Source: an uncultured Lachnospiraceae bacterium (lineage in GTDB: Bacteria; Bacillota; Clostridia; TANB77; CAG-508). From it: a stretch of DNA of 64,000 nt. The translations under genes and the position numbers were made by a program. This document shows, piece after piece, positions 21,201 to 29,259 of the stretch. Numbering within the stretch: the stretch's first letter is position 1; each line of letters starts with the position of its first letter. The DNA is taken from the NCBI GenBank assembly GCA_964650305.1, contig CAZYST010000002.1, positions 26,887 to 90,886 of the forward strand. The letters run 5' to 3'. The notes beneath the pieces were generated by a model. It did no database searches. It was not told the DNA's origin and saw nothing but the letters and a program-made list of their open reading frames with translations.

Positions 21201-23791
21201 GCACCATTATTTATATTTATTCTTCTTGTCATTTCACCTTGTTTTACAGAATTTACTTCTGATCCTTGTCCGTCATAATTTCTTATTCCATTTATTGCAA
21301 GTAAACCAACTGGTGCTTGATATTCTACTACTGCAACATCAAATCCATTTGTTTGTTTTAATATATTTGCTGGTACAGATTTATTTACTCTCCATAATGT
21401 TTGTGTTTGATAATTACTTACCCCTTCATTATAATAATATAATTTAATTTGATCTTCTTTTCTTGGTGTATATTCATCTAATTTCATTCTTGTATTTAAA
21501 ATAATATTTGTTCCATTTGTTATTTGATTATCTACAAATCTTGTTTGCGTTCCTTCAAGTTCTAATCTTGTTTTTAAATTTTCTCCATCCATATATGTTT
21601 CAAAGTGTTTTATTGTTAATCCATTTTCATATAGCATATTTACACTTTCTAAAACTACTTCTTTAATATATTTAGGATATACAATCTCAAATGTTGGATT
21701 TATGTATAAATCACTTTCAAAATTGTTGTTATTTAATTCTATTTTTAATTCAACATTTTCATTTTCTTGCATTGTTGTTAATTGTTCTTTGTTTATATTT
21801 AATGTTGCTTTTGTATAACTTTCTTTAAATTCTTTTCTCGTTCCTATTGTTGGTAATGTTAATGTTTCTTCTATATTTGCATATTTAACTTCAGCTGTTA
21901 TTCTACTTTCTATTGATTTAAATGTTGCAAATAATGCTTTATCTAATTCTGGTCTTGCGATTGCTTTTGTTATTTCAATATCTATTTTTCCATTTGCAGA
22001 AACATTTTTTACATTAATTATTACACCAGATTCATTATTCATATTTATTGTGCAATCTTCTTCTGATGATACTAAATCTTTTGTTAATGTATATAGTAAT
22101 GTTCCATCTAATGAATATATTTCAATAGCTCCACCATTTTCTAATGTTGATTTTATATCATTATAATTAAATTTTATTGTTTTGTATCTTATTCCACTTG
22201 CTTGGAATTCCATTTCGTTTTTATCTATAAATACTTCTTTTGAAGAATCTATTTTTAATTCTTCTAACATATCACTTGTAAGTATATTTAATCTTATATT
22301 ACTTGTATATTCTGTTTCATAAGGAATTTCATCTGAATTATAGTTTGCATATGTTTTTGCTTTATTTATTTTGTCTTCTGAAGTTCCTATGCTATATGTT
22401 ATTAATTCTCCTCTATTTGTTTCAATTTCATTTTCTTCTGATATCTGTTTTGTTATAGTATTTAAAGCATTTCCACTATATTCTTCTACATTTAATTCTA
22501 ATTCATTTTTTAATGTTACTTTTTCTTCTTCTGTATATTCATCAAATCTATATATAATAACGTATTCATCTTCACCCAAAGAGTTTATGGCTTTTCCATC
22601 TTTTTCATTTTTTACATTTATTGTAATTATTCCTTCATCTTTATTATATGTCCAATTTTCTTTATCAAATTCTACATATCCACTATCTTGACCTTTTGTT
22701 ACCATTAATTTATTTGCTTGAACATCAACACTTATTGGAGCTTTTCCATTAAATGTTGGAACTTTTATTTCTATGTTCATATTTTTAACTGGTAAATATT
22801 TTTCTTCAACAGTATTTCTTGATACTATTATTTTATTTTCTGCAATAATACCTGTTGTTTCACCTATTTTAAATGGAGAAAATTTTGTATATTCACTTGT
22901 TATTCCTATATCTTGTGTATAGGTCCAAGCTATATTTAATTTTTGTTCTTTAGCAACTTCTCTTTCTTTTAGATTTACATCTATATATTTTCCTTGTAAT
23001 CTAAAACTTATTTCTTGTGCTAAGCTTGAAATATCTATTTCAGATGAATTTGTATATTCAATCTCTGCTTCTATTTCAGTTTCTTCTAGTATATTTACAA
23101 GCTCAATTTCACTTTCTGAAATTATTCTGATATCTGAAACTAAAACTTCTTCTACTTCTTCCTGCTCTTGTTTTATATATTCTTCTTCATCAATAATTTC
23201 TTCTTGTTCTTGAACTACATTTTCTGAAATTTCATTTTTTTCTTCTACTTTTGGTAATTTAGTTTGTGTTTCAGGCATAACGCTAAATACTTCATTTACA
23301 ACATTTTCTGATGTAACTAAAGTATTTTCTACTGAGTTTTCTGAAATTTCATTTACATCTCCTACTAACTCTAGATTTTTATTATCTTCTACATCTAGTA
23401 TTTCTTCTGGTTCTTTTGTCTCTCCAGTGCTTATCGATGTAAATTTAAATCTTAATACACTACCATCTGTAGGTACTGCCGTTATTTTGGCATTTTTTAA
23501 ATACCCTTCTACTTGTGGGGTAATTTTAAACTTTACCTTTACTTTTTGGTTTACCTCACTTGTAATTTGGTCTGTTTCTTTTCCTTCTGTGTCCTCAAAA
23601 TAAGATGCAAACTTTACTTCATCTTTTTTGAAAAATCCATAAGAAATTTCTTTGAATTCTTCTGAAGATGCTATTGCTTGAATAGTAAAGCCAAAATTTG
23701 AAAACATTATCATGAAAATTATCATTGATATCAGGGTTTTTCTAATTTTTCTCTCCATCTTTTTTCTCTCCTTCTCTTTGGTTTTAGACAT
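18257..23791 (-). CDS. Giant surface protein, A-type paralogue (A, up to 1844 aa): signal peptide, acidic low-complexity stretch, unassigned beta-rich region, DUF11-like repeats, Asn-rich linker, SdrD-B-like domain, C-terminal TM plus long Lys-rich tail
   Basis: Uninterrupted ORF. Likely true start is ATG 23758 (MERKIRKTLISMIIFMIMF...) with AAGGAGAG 7 nt upstream. Colinear with the 1738-aa protein. SdrD-B-like GQTWFDKNQDGKKDENEEKLSGVKVQLNKDGK...DSTGTYRFEGLSVGKYTL. C-terminus APQILLAIAVLLILIAIML plus a K-rich tail. Confidence 0.85.
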   Translation of the reverse strand: MSKTKEKERKKMERKIRKTLISMIIFMIMFSNFGFTIQAIASSEEFKEISYGFFKKDEVKFASYFEDTEGKETDQITSEVNQKVKVKFKITPQVEGYLKNAKITAVPTDGSVLRFKFTSISTGETKEPEEILDVEDNKNLELVGDVNEISENSVENTLVTSENVVNEVFSVMPETQTKLPKVEEKNEISENVVQEQEEIIDEEEYIKQEQEEVEEVLVSDIRIISESEIELVNILEETEIEAEIEYTNSSEIDISSLAQEISFRLQGKYIDVNLKEREVAKEQKLNIAWTYTQDIGITSEYTKFSPFKIGETTGIIAENKIIVSRNTVEEKYLPVKNMNIEIKVPTFNGKAPISVDVQANKLMVTKGQDSGYVEFDKENWTYNKDEGIITINVKNEKDGKAINSLGEDEYVIIYRFDEYTEEEKVTLKNELELNVEEYSGNALNTITKQISEENEIETNRGELITYSIGTSEDKINKAKTYANYNSDEIPYETEYTSNIRLNILTSDMLEELKIDSSKEVFIDKNEMEFQASGIRYKTIKFNYNDIKSTLENGGAIEIYSLDGTLLYTLTKDLVSSEEDCTINMNNESGVIINVKNVSANGKIDIEITKAIARPELDKALFATFKSIESRITAEVKYANIEETLTLPTIGTRKEFKESYTKATLNINKEQLTTMQENENVELKIELNNNNFESDLYINPTFEIVYPKYIKEVVLESVNMLYENGLTIKHFETYMDGENLKTRLELEGTQTRFVDNQITNGTNIILNTRMKLDEYTPRKEDQIKLYYYNEGVSNYQTQTLWRVNKSVPANILKQTNGFDVAVVEYQAPVGLLAINGIRNYDGQGSEVNSVKQGEMTRRININNGAITATMDLVVLNNTGNKCTDIVMLGRVPFKGNTDVISGEELGTNINITLKDLIQTDPSNSAGATIYYSANEKANKNLNDESNGWTTQVEDLTHVKSFLIVVNGLVENGASLQYSYDFEIPENLPYESKLVGSFGAYYNNITDVAVVYESSSADKIVLETEAGPKVEAIMNVDIGDGADVYEAKFLKYTIIVSNIGSIDAKDVTIINETPKLTRICGKGIYADLTDDGYQETNDAEAKWNIDEIKAGEVVEKSFIVRTQELPKTLDEYKILYNKSWDETGVFEIDENGNKQYITEIPELYVENTAKVTIGNLAKEITTNTVKNKLKKCNFDIRTAVEKYSKVDLEVGDEFDYTVSIKNISETIQKDILIEDKLPKEIIVTGLEVNDEEHEYTYDEETNLLTINLGDLEVDATTRMYIKCKITRMINTGSEELTNQVVVKSKDNKDELGTKIAFEVFGPKLIVAQSSSLGNENALEGEEFSIVLNISNDGKGMANEIETKIKIPEELEIKRVSYEGNSQIRTEINDNVVIGKLSKLDIDRKSSLIIKVIPKVLSESESFKKITVYGQLTEKTTGEIEVNNLDITIAKNPNRPLTNEEEKEEEKNNTIKNPVVDDSYLNSSENTNNNNNTNNNNANSTTNKKEETKVEEKTYKITGQTWFDKNQDGKKDENEEKLSGVKVQLNKDGKMIKACTTDSTGTYRFEGLSVGKYTLTFIYDSNKYVGTVYKKSGVDEDKNSDASENVDGVAMTNTLTITDSDITNIDFGLKSKDKFDLKVSKYITKAIVTTNCKDKTEEFENKEIAKLEIKSKNLKNTKIKLEYKIVVENTGNVSGTAEKVLDYMPKDMIFNEKENNGWYKGTDGNLYNETLKNTEIKPGEKKELTIILEKQMTTDNTGTFSNKAEIASLVTKEGLEENKEGNTATQELIVTVSTGRAPQILLAIAVLLILIAIMLDKTGKVDLSKFKINITYKNKSKEKSKLKKVYK

Positions 23792-24191
23792 AATACGCCT
23801 TATTTTTATTAATATATAATATAATACTACGATATTTATTTTTATTTGTACATACCCTAAATTCCTTCATTTCCAATTGTTACAGAGTTTTTCAAAAAGT
23901 TTTTTTACGGAAATTATAGGTTTGCAACCATAATTTTTCTTTATTAAATTTTGATTACATTTTGTTTTTAAGGTATATTATCCACATTTTTTTAACTTTT
24001 TGTGGAAAAGGGCGTAGCTATCCATAATATTATTATACCACTTTTTCAAGCTTATGTAAACTTTTCCTCCCTACATTTTTATTCTTCTTTAATACCTATA
24101 ATTTTTGTTAGTATTTTAGAGTTTTTTAGCAACTTTTTTTAGTTTCCTACATATATTAATATAAAGAAAATTTATACAGGGGGTTTTTCTA

Positions 24192-24329
24192 ATGAATAAT
24201 ATGGATATAAATAAGCTTTTATCTGTAATTTCAAAAATGGATAAAGAAGAATTAGAAAAGAACATTTATAAAGCTCAACAAATATTAGAAAATTCTGATA
24301 TTAAAAAGAATTTTGAAAATAAAGAATAG
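24192..24329 (+). CDS. Small hypothetical protein (45 aa, helical and charged). Below the ORF-track size cut-off.
   Basis: ATG 24192 is preceded by AGGGGG (24176-24183 region). Translation MNNMDINKLLSVISKMDKEELEKNIYKAQQILENSDIKKNFENKE. Stop TAG at 24327-24329, 14 nt before the next gene. Confidence 0.4.
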   Translation: MNNMDINKLLSVISKMDKEELEKNIYKAQQILENSDIKKNFENKE

Positions 24330-24343
24330 ATATAGAGGTTATT

Positions 24344-24727
24344 ATGAACGAAGATTTCTCAGAGGTTTTAAATAAATTTTCAGACATTTTGAAAGATAAA
24401 AACATTAATTTAAATGATATTATAAATAATTCTAATACAGATTCTTCTGATAATTCTAATAATAGTGATTTTTCTTTTGATGTAGAAACTATAATGAAAA
24501 TTAAAGATGTTCTTTCTATTATGAACAAATCAAAAGATTGTCCTAGGAATAAACTTTTATATTCTTTAAAACCTTATCTTGAGAATACTAAAAAAGAAAA
24601 AATAGAGCAGTATATAAAGATTGCTAATCTTTTAACTGCTCTAGATTCTATGAATACTATAGAATTTAATAAAAACTCAGACTACGATTTTATTCTTATT
24701 ATAATTCTTGTGCTTCTTATACTATAG
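24344..24727 (+). CDS. Hypothetical tail-anchored protein (127 aa): Asn/Ser/Asp-rich N-half, conserved-looking helical core, C-terminal hydrophobic segment
   Basis: ORF with AGAGG 6 nt upstream. C-terminus DFILIIILVLLIL. A strong terminator follows. Confidence 0.6.
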   Translation: MNEDFSEVLNKFSDILKDKNINLNDIINNSNTDSSDNSNNSDFSFDVETIMKIKDVLSIMNKSKDCPRNKLLYSLKPYLENTKKEKIEQYIKIANLLTALDSMNTIEFNKNSDYDFILIIILVLLIL

Positions 24728-24766
24728 ATTTTAAACTTTAAAGATGCTGGCATTGCTTATCTTTTT

Positions 24767-24798
24767 TATATCTAGTATTAAAAACTAGATATATTTTT
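24767..24798 (+). terminator. Rho-independent terminator of the 24192-24727 small-gene pair
   Basis: 10-bp perfect stem TATATCTAGT/ACTAGATATA, 7-nt loop, then TTTTTG. Confidence 0.6.
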
Positions 24799-25052
24799 GT
24801 AAATTTTTTATTACAGAAAATTTTTTATTACTTTTTCTTATCAAAAAAATTTTAAACTTAATATTTTAAATTCAAAGTTTCATTTTTAGTTGAAATTTAG
24901 CATATTTTACCGCAACTAGTTTTTAAAACTAGATATATCTATCAAAATTTATATTACTTTTTTTAAAATTACTACAGAACTTTCCTTTCACTTGCTTTAT
25001 TTTTTACATTTTCTTTTAAATTTGTAATAATCTTATATTAAATCTTCTTTAC

Positions 25053-25091
25053 AAAAAAATATCTAGCTTATTTTTTATTTAAGCTAGATAT
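25053..25091 (-). terminator. Rho-independent terminator directly after minC (end of the radC-mreBCD-pbp-minC gene string)
   Basis: 12-bp perfect stem ATATCTAGCTTA/TAAGCTAGATAT, followed on the minus strand by T7. Confidence 0.7.
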
Positions 25092-25120
25092 TATATATTT
25101 CATTTTTGTTAAATTTTAAT

Positions 25121-25726
25121 TTATGATATTGATATTTCATTTGAATTAATTTTGCATATTGGACATTTTTCTATTCTTTCACTAACTTCTTTTACAAGAT
25201 TAGCAATTCTTATTTGTGTAACTTCTATACAATTTGCAGATATTAATGCTTTTTTATTTCCATTTGCTCCTGCATGTGCTAAGCCTCTAAGAGTTCCTAA
25301 TATCATTATATTTCCACCTGCTATTACTTCTGCTCCTGCATTTACATCTCCACATATAACTATACTTCCTGTATATTCTTCTTTTTGGCCTGACCTTATT
25401 GAATTTTGCACAAATTTAGTTTCAGATATTTCAGTGTTTGTTTCAAATGTTTTTTTAATTGCATGTAATCCCAAAAGGTCTGATACATCATCAAATTTTA
25501 CTTCTACATCAATCTCTGAATTAATCATTTTCTTAATTACATCCATTTCTGTTTCTGTAAATAATTTACCTGTAACTCTAATTGGAATTTTTGATGACTT
25601 ATAAAAATCTCTAAGTCTTGGTATCTTTGTTTGCAATTCTTCAATTATTTCATGCATATCAGCAATTACATTAACATTTAATATTATTTCTTCTATTGTT
25701 TGGCTTATTTTAATATTGTTTAACAT
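25121..25726 (-). CDS. minC: Septum site-determining protein MinC
   Basis: C-terminal beta-helix signature GDVNAGAEVIAGGNIMILGTLRGLAHAGANGNKKALISA. Its position after mreBCD-PBP2 is typical of Clostridia. Confidence 0.85.
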   Translation of the reverse strand: MLNNIKISQTIEEIILNVNVIADMHEIIEELQTKIPRLRDFYKSSKIPIRVTGKLFTETEMDVIKKMINSEIDVEVKFDDVSDLLGLHAIKKTFETNTEISETKFVQNSIRSGQKEEYTGSIVICGDVNAGAEVIAGGNIMILGTLRGLAHAGANGNKKALISANCIEVTQIRIANLVKEVSERIEKCPICKINSNEISIS

Positions 25727-25739
25727 ATTTACCTCTTTT

Positions 25740-27884
25740 CTATCTAAATGATTCCACTTCTGTTCTAGCAGACATATTTTCCATTACATTTTGAATATTC
25801 ATTCCAAAATATTCTGAAACTATATCTCTTACTACTTCTGCTGTATATGAACCATGTCTACCATTTTCAACCATTACAACTACTGCTATTTCTGGATTGT
25901 CATATGGAGCAAATCCAGCAAACCATGCATATACATCTGCACCTTCTTTTCTAGATGTTTCTGCTGAACCTGTTTTACCTCCAACTGCAATATCAAAATC
26001 TTTAAATACATTATATGCTGTTCCTCCAGGTTCATCTGTTGCTGCTCTCATTCCTTCTTTTACAGCTTTTATATTTTCTTCTTTAATATCAAAATTATTT
26101 GATGTATCTTCTGGAATTTGTAATTTTTTATTTACAAATTGTTCTATTTCATCTTTGGAAATTTGTGTTCCGTTTGAATCTATAACACTTTTTATAAGTG
26201 TCATATCAATTTTGTTTCCACCATTTGCTATCATAGAAATATATTTTACCATTTGTAATGGTGAAAAACTATTCAAACTTTGCCCTATTGATGCATATGC
26301 AGTTTTGGCTGCAGACCACCATTTTTCTGAAGTCTTTTGCGCTGCTTCTTTTCCTGCTAATGTACCAGCTGTTTCTCCAGGTAATTCTATTCCTGTTTTA
26401 GTACCAAGTCCAAAATATTTAGAATATTCATTAAGTTTATCAATCCCCATTCTTATACTTACTTCAAAAAAGAAATAGTTACAAGAATTTTGAATTGCTT
26501 CTGATATATTTAATCTACCATGCCCGTGTCCATATTGATTATAATACCAGCAAGCTGGTGGACTAACATTATCATCTGTAATACCATAATATGGTCCATT
26601 ATCATTGATTTTTTCAGTTGTATTTGTTACCTCTGACTCTAATGCTGCCACAGCTGTAACCATCTTAAAAATTGATCCTGGTGGATATGCGCTTATAGCT
26701 TTATTCATAAATGGAAAATATGGATTATCTTTATACTCATTATATTTTTCTTGGCTTATTCCATTATAGAATAATTCTGGTTCATAATCTGGATAACTTG
26801 CCATTGCTAATATTTCACCAGTATTTACATTTGCTACAACTACTGCTCCACCTTTTGCTTCTGCTTGTTCAGAAAATCTGCCACTTCTAATTTTCTCTAT
26901 GTTTTTTTCTAATGCATCTTCTGCTACTCTTTGAAGATTAGCATCGATTGTAAGAACTATATTAGCACCACCTATTGCTTCTTTTGTAGTATATTCTCCA
27001 GTTACAGTTCCATCAACTGACATATCTATTTGCTTTTCTCCATCTTCTCCTCTTAGGTACTCTTCGAAAACTTTTTCTACTCCTGTTTGTCCTACCTTGT
27101 CATCATTTTCATATTCATAGGTATCTCCTCTTTCTGTAAATTCTTCTTGATTTGCTTTTGTTATTTTACTTGTATATCCTAAAATATGTGATGCTAAACT
27201 TCCCATGTGATATTTTCTTATTGGTTCTGTTACTATTGTAACACCAATCAAGTCATTTGACATTTCTTGCAGTTCAACAGCAGTTTCTCTTTTTATTTCT
27301 TTGGATATCTGAATAGATTTTTTATTAGAATATCCTACTGTTGAAATAGCATATCTTATTGCTAAAATTTGTCTTATTTCTTTTGGATCTTCATTTTTTA
27401 TATTATATTTATCTCTAAACAAATAAAAAGCTTCTTCTGCTGCAGCAGTCTCAGGTATTTTGTATGTTTTTTTCCATTCTGCAAGTTCTTCTTCAGAATC
27501 AAAGTGATATTCAAATGGATCTATACTAATTGGAAAAGTATCTATATAGCTATCCTCATTTTTTTCAAGTATATTTGTCATTAAAAGTATAGAATTATTT
27601 AATTGCTCATCTTCTACCTTGGTTTTATACATTTCTAAAGAAAATCCTTGCTCTGTACTTACCAACAAGTTTCCTGTTCTATCTGTTATGCTCCCTCTTG
27701 CAGCTTCTATTTTTGCTTCTCGAGTAAGCTTTTTATTTGAATTTTCTCTATATTCTTCTCCATGTACTATTTGTAAATTAAAAAGTTGCATAAGTATTAT
27801 AATACCTATTAAATATACAATTGTAGTTATTATATTATATCTAAAATTTGATTTCTCAACATCAGTTTTTCTCAGCTTATTCAC
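25740..27884 (-). CDS. mrdA: Penicillin-binding protein 2 (class B transpeptidase, elongasome)
   Basis: N-terminal TM. SxxK (GSIFK), SxN (NSCN) and KTG (GGKTGSAE) boxes. Lies in the mre operon. Confidence 0.85.
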   Translation of the reverse strand: MNKLRKTDVEKSNFRYNIITTIVYLIGIIILMQLFNLQIVHGEEYRENSNKKLTREAKIEAARGSITDRTGNLLVSTEQGFSLEMYKTKVEDEQLNNSILLMTNILEKNEDSYIDTFPISIDPFEYHFDSEEELAEWKKTYKIPETAAAEEAFYLFRDKYNIKNEDPKEIRQILAIRYAISTVGYSNKKSIQISKEIKRETAVELQEMSNDLIGVTIVTEPIRKYHMGSLASHILGYTSKITKANQEEFTERGDTYEYENDDKVGQTGVEKVFEEYLRGEDGEKQIDMSVDGTVTGEYTTKEAIGGANIVLTIDANLQRVAEDALEKNIEKIRSGRFSEQAEAKGGAVVVANVNTGEILAMASYPDYEPELFYNGISQEKYNEYKDNPYFPFMNKAISAYPPGSIFKMVTAVAALESEVTNTTEKINDNGPYYGITDDNVSPPACWYYNQYGHGHGRLNISEAIQNSCNYFFFEVSIRMGIDKLNEYSKYFGLGTKTGIELPGETAGTLAGKEAAQKTSEKWWSAAKTAYASIGQSLNSFSPLQMVKYISMIANGGNKIDMTLIKSVIDSNGTQISKDEIEQFVNKKLQIPEDTSNNFDIKEENIKAVKEGMRAATDEPGGTAYNVFKDFDIAVGGKTGSAETSRKEGADVYAWFAGFAPYDNPEIAVVVMVENGRHGSYTAEVVRDIVSEYFGMNIQNVMENMSARTEVESFR

Positions 27885-27892
27885 CTACTTTT

Positions 27893-28426
27893 CTAAAAAT
27901 ATCTTGTAAGTATGTTATTTCTTTTGAATGTTCTATCTATTGAAAATCCTACTTTTTGAATTAATGGATAAATTATAATTGTAATTAATATATTGTAAAC
28001 TATTTCTATTAGTAAAATCTTTAAAAATTTAAAAATTTCTCTATCAAAATTAATTATTAATGATGAAAGCATATAATATCCTAATTCGTATATAGCTGTT
28101 GCTCCTGCACACATTAATATAATTGTAAATTTATTTTCTTTTGAAAAATTTTTATCAAAATATGTACCTAAATATCCAATAATGCAATACATTACAGCAC
28201 TTATTCCTATACTTTTTCCATAAAGGAAATCTAATACAAGTCCTACAAATATTCCCATTGCAATTCCTAGTGTAGAATTTGCAAATAACCCTACAAACAA
28301 AACAAAAATTACAAATAAGTTTGGTTTTATTCCAGCTATAGTTAGGTTATTAAATATGTTTATTTGTAAAAAATATATTAAGAAAAAAGTTAATATTAAA
28401 CTTACTATTATCAAAAATTTTTTCAT
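27893..28426 (-). CDS. mreD: Rod shape-determining protein MreD
   Basis: 177-aa polytopic membrane protein immediately downstream of mreC. Confidence 0.7.
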   Translation of the reverse strand: MKKFLIIVSLILTFFLIYFLQINIFNNLTIAGIKPNLFVIFVLFVGLFANSTLGIAMGIFVGLVLDFLYGKSIGISAVMYCIIGYLGTYFDKNFSKENKFTIILMCAGATAIYELGYYMLSSLIINFDREIFKFLKILLIEIVYNILITIIIYPLIQKVGFSIDRTFKRNNILTRYF

Positions 28427-28443
28427 ATTAAATCCTTTCTAAA

Positions 28444-29259
28444 TTATTCTGTTATAACAAGTACTGTATTTAATTCTGAAAAATCAACAGCTGGTTTTAC
28501 TATAGCATATCTATCTATAATATTGCTTGTTGTTATTATTTCTTCGATTGTTCCTATGTGAATTCCTTTTGGATATATTCCTCCAAGACCTGATGTTTCA
28601 ATACTATATCCTTTTATTAATTCTGCATCTGTTGGAATATATGTTGCTCTTAAAACTTGATCATTATCTAATGTACCTTTGCATATTATGCTTTCATTTG
28701 AAGTACTCATTTTTGCACTAACTGTACTAGCAGGATCTATTATAACTTGTACTTTTGCAGTTTTTTCTGTTACAGATATTATATGACCTACTAATCCTTT
28801 ATCTGCAATTACTGTCATGTTTTTTTGAACACCATCATTTGTACCAACATTTATAACTAAATTACTGCTATAATTGCTTACATCTTTATTTATTATATAA
28901 GCTGGAACAGTTGAATAAGAAGCATATTTTTGTGTTAAGTTCATATATTCTTGAAGTGTTACATTATCAGCTTTTATTCTTTCAAGCTCTCTTAATTGTG
29001 TTTCAAGTTCGCTATTTTTAACTTTTAAATCTTCATTTTCTTGTTTTATTGCATCCATATCTGCAAAATACGCTGTATTTCCTTGTATCTTATTTTTTAT
29101 ATCTGTTATAACTCTTTGCACAGAAGATATAATTGAATTTGCTGCAGTTTCCAAATATGAAAGTTTATTTACTTCAACATTTGAAAGAAATATAAGTAAA
29201 ATTAGTATTATTAAAGTAATTATTCCACCTAACAATTCTGTTTGCTTATTTCTATTCAT
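28444..29259 (-). CDS. mreC: Rod shape-determining protein MreC
   Basis: N-terminal TM, coiled coil (NEDLKVKNSELETQLRELERIKADN), beta-barrel repeats (GLVGHIISVTEKTAKVQVIIDPAS). Overlaps the mreB stop. Confidence 0.85.
   Translation of the reverse strand: MNRNKQTELLGGIITLIILILLIFLSNVEVNKLSYLETAANSIISSVQRVITDIKNKIQGNTAYFADMDAIKQENEDLKVKNSELETQLRELERIKADNVTLQEYMNLTQKYASYSTVPAYIINKDVSNYSSNLVINVGTNDGVQKNMTVIADKGLVGHIISVTEKTAKVQVIIDPASTVSAKMSTSNESIICKGTLDNDQVLRATYIPTDAELIKGYSIETSGLGGIYPKGIHIGTIEEIITTSNIIDRYAIVKPAVDFSELNTVLVITE

Noticed and set aside
23978-23986. Perfect DnaA-box 9-mers upstream of both A-type giant genes (TTATCCACA at 23978-23986 and TGTGGATAA at 9937-9945), suggesting DnaA-dependent regulation.
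   Set aside because: A third perfect copy sits inside a coding region (45821-45829). My rough expectation for this AT content is about one chance hit per 64 kb on both strands. The two upstream copies differ in orientation and in distance to the start codon, so this is not distinguishable from chance without genome-wide statistics.
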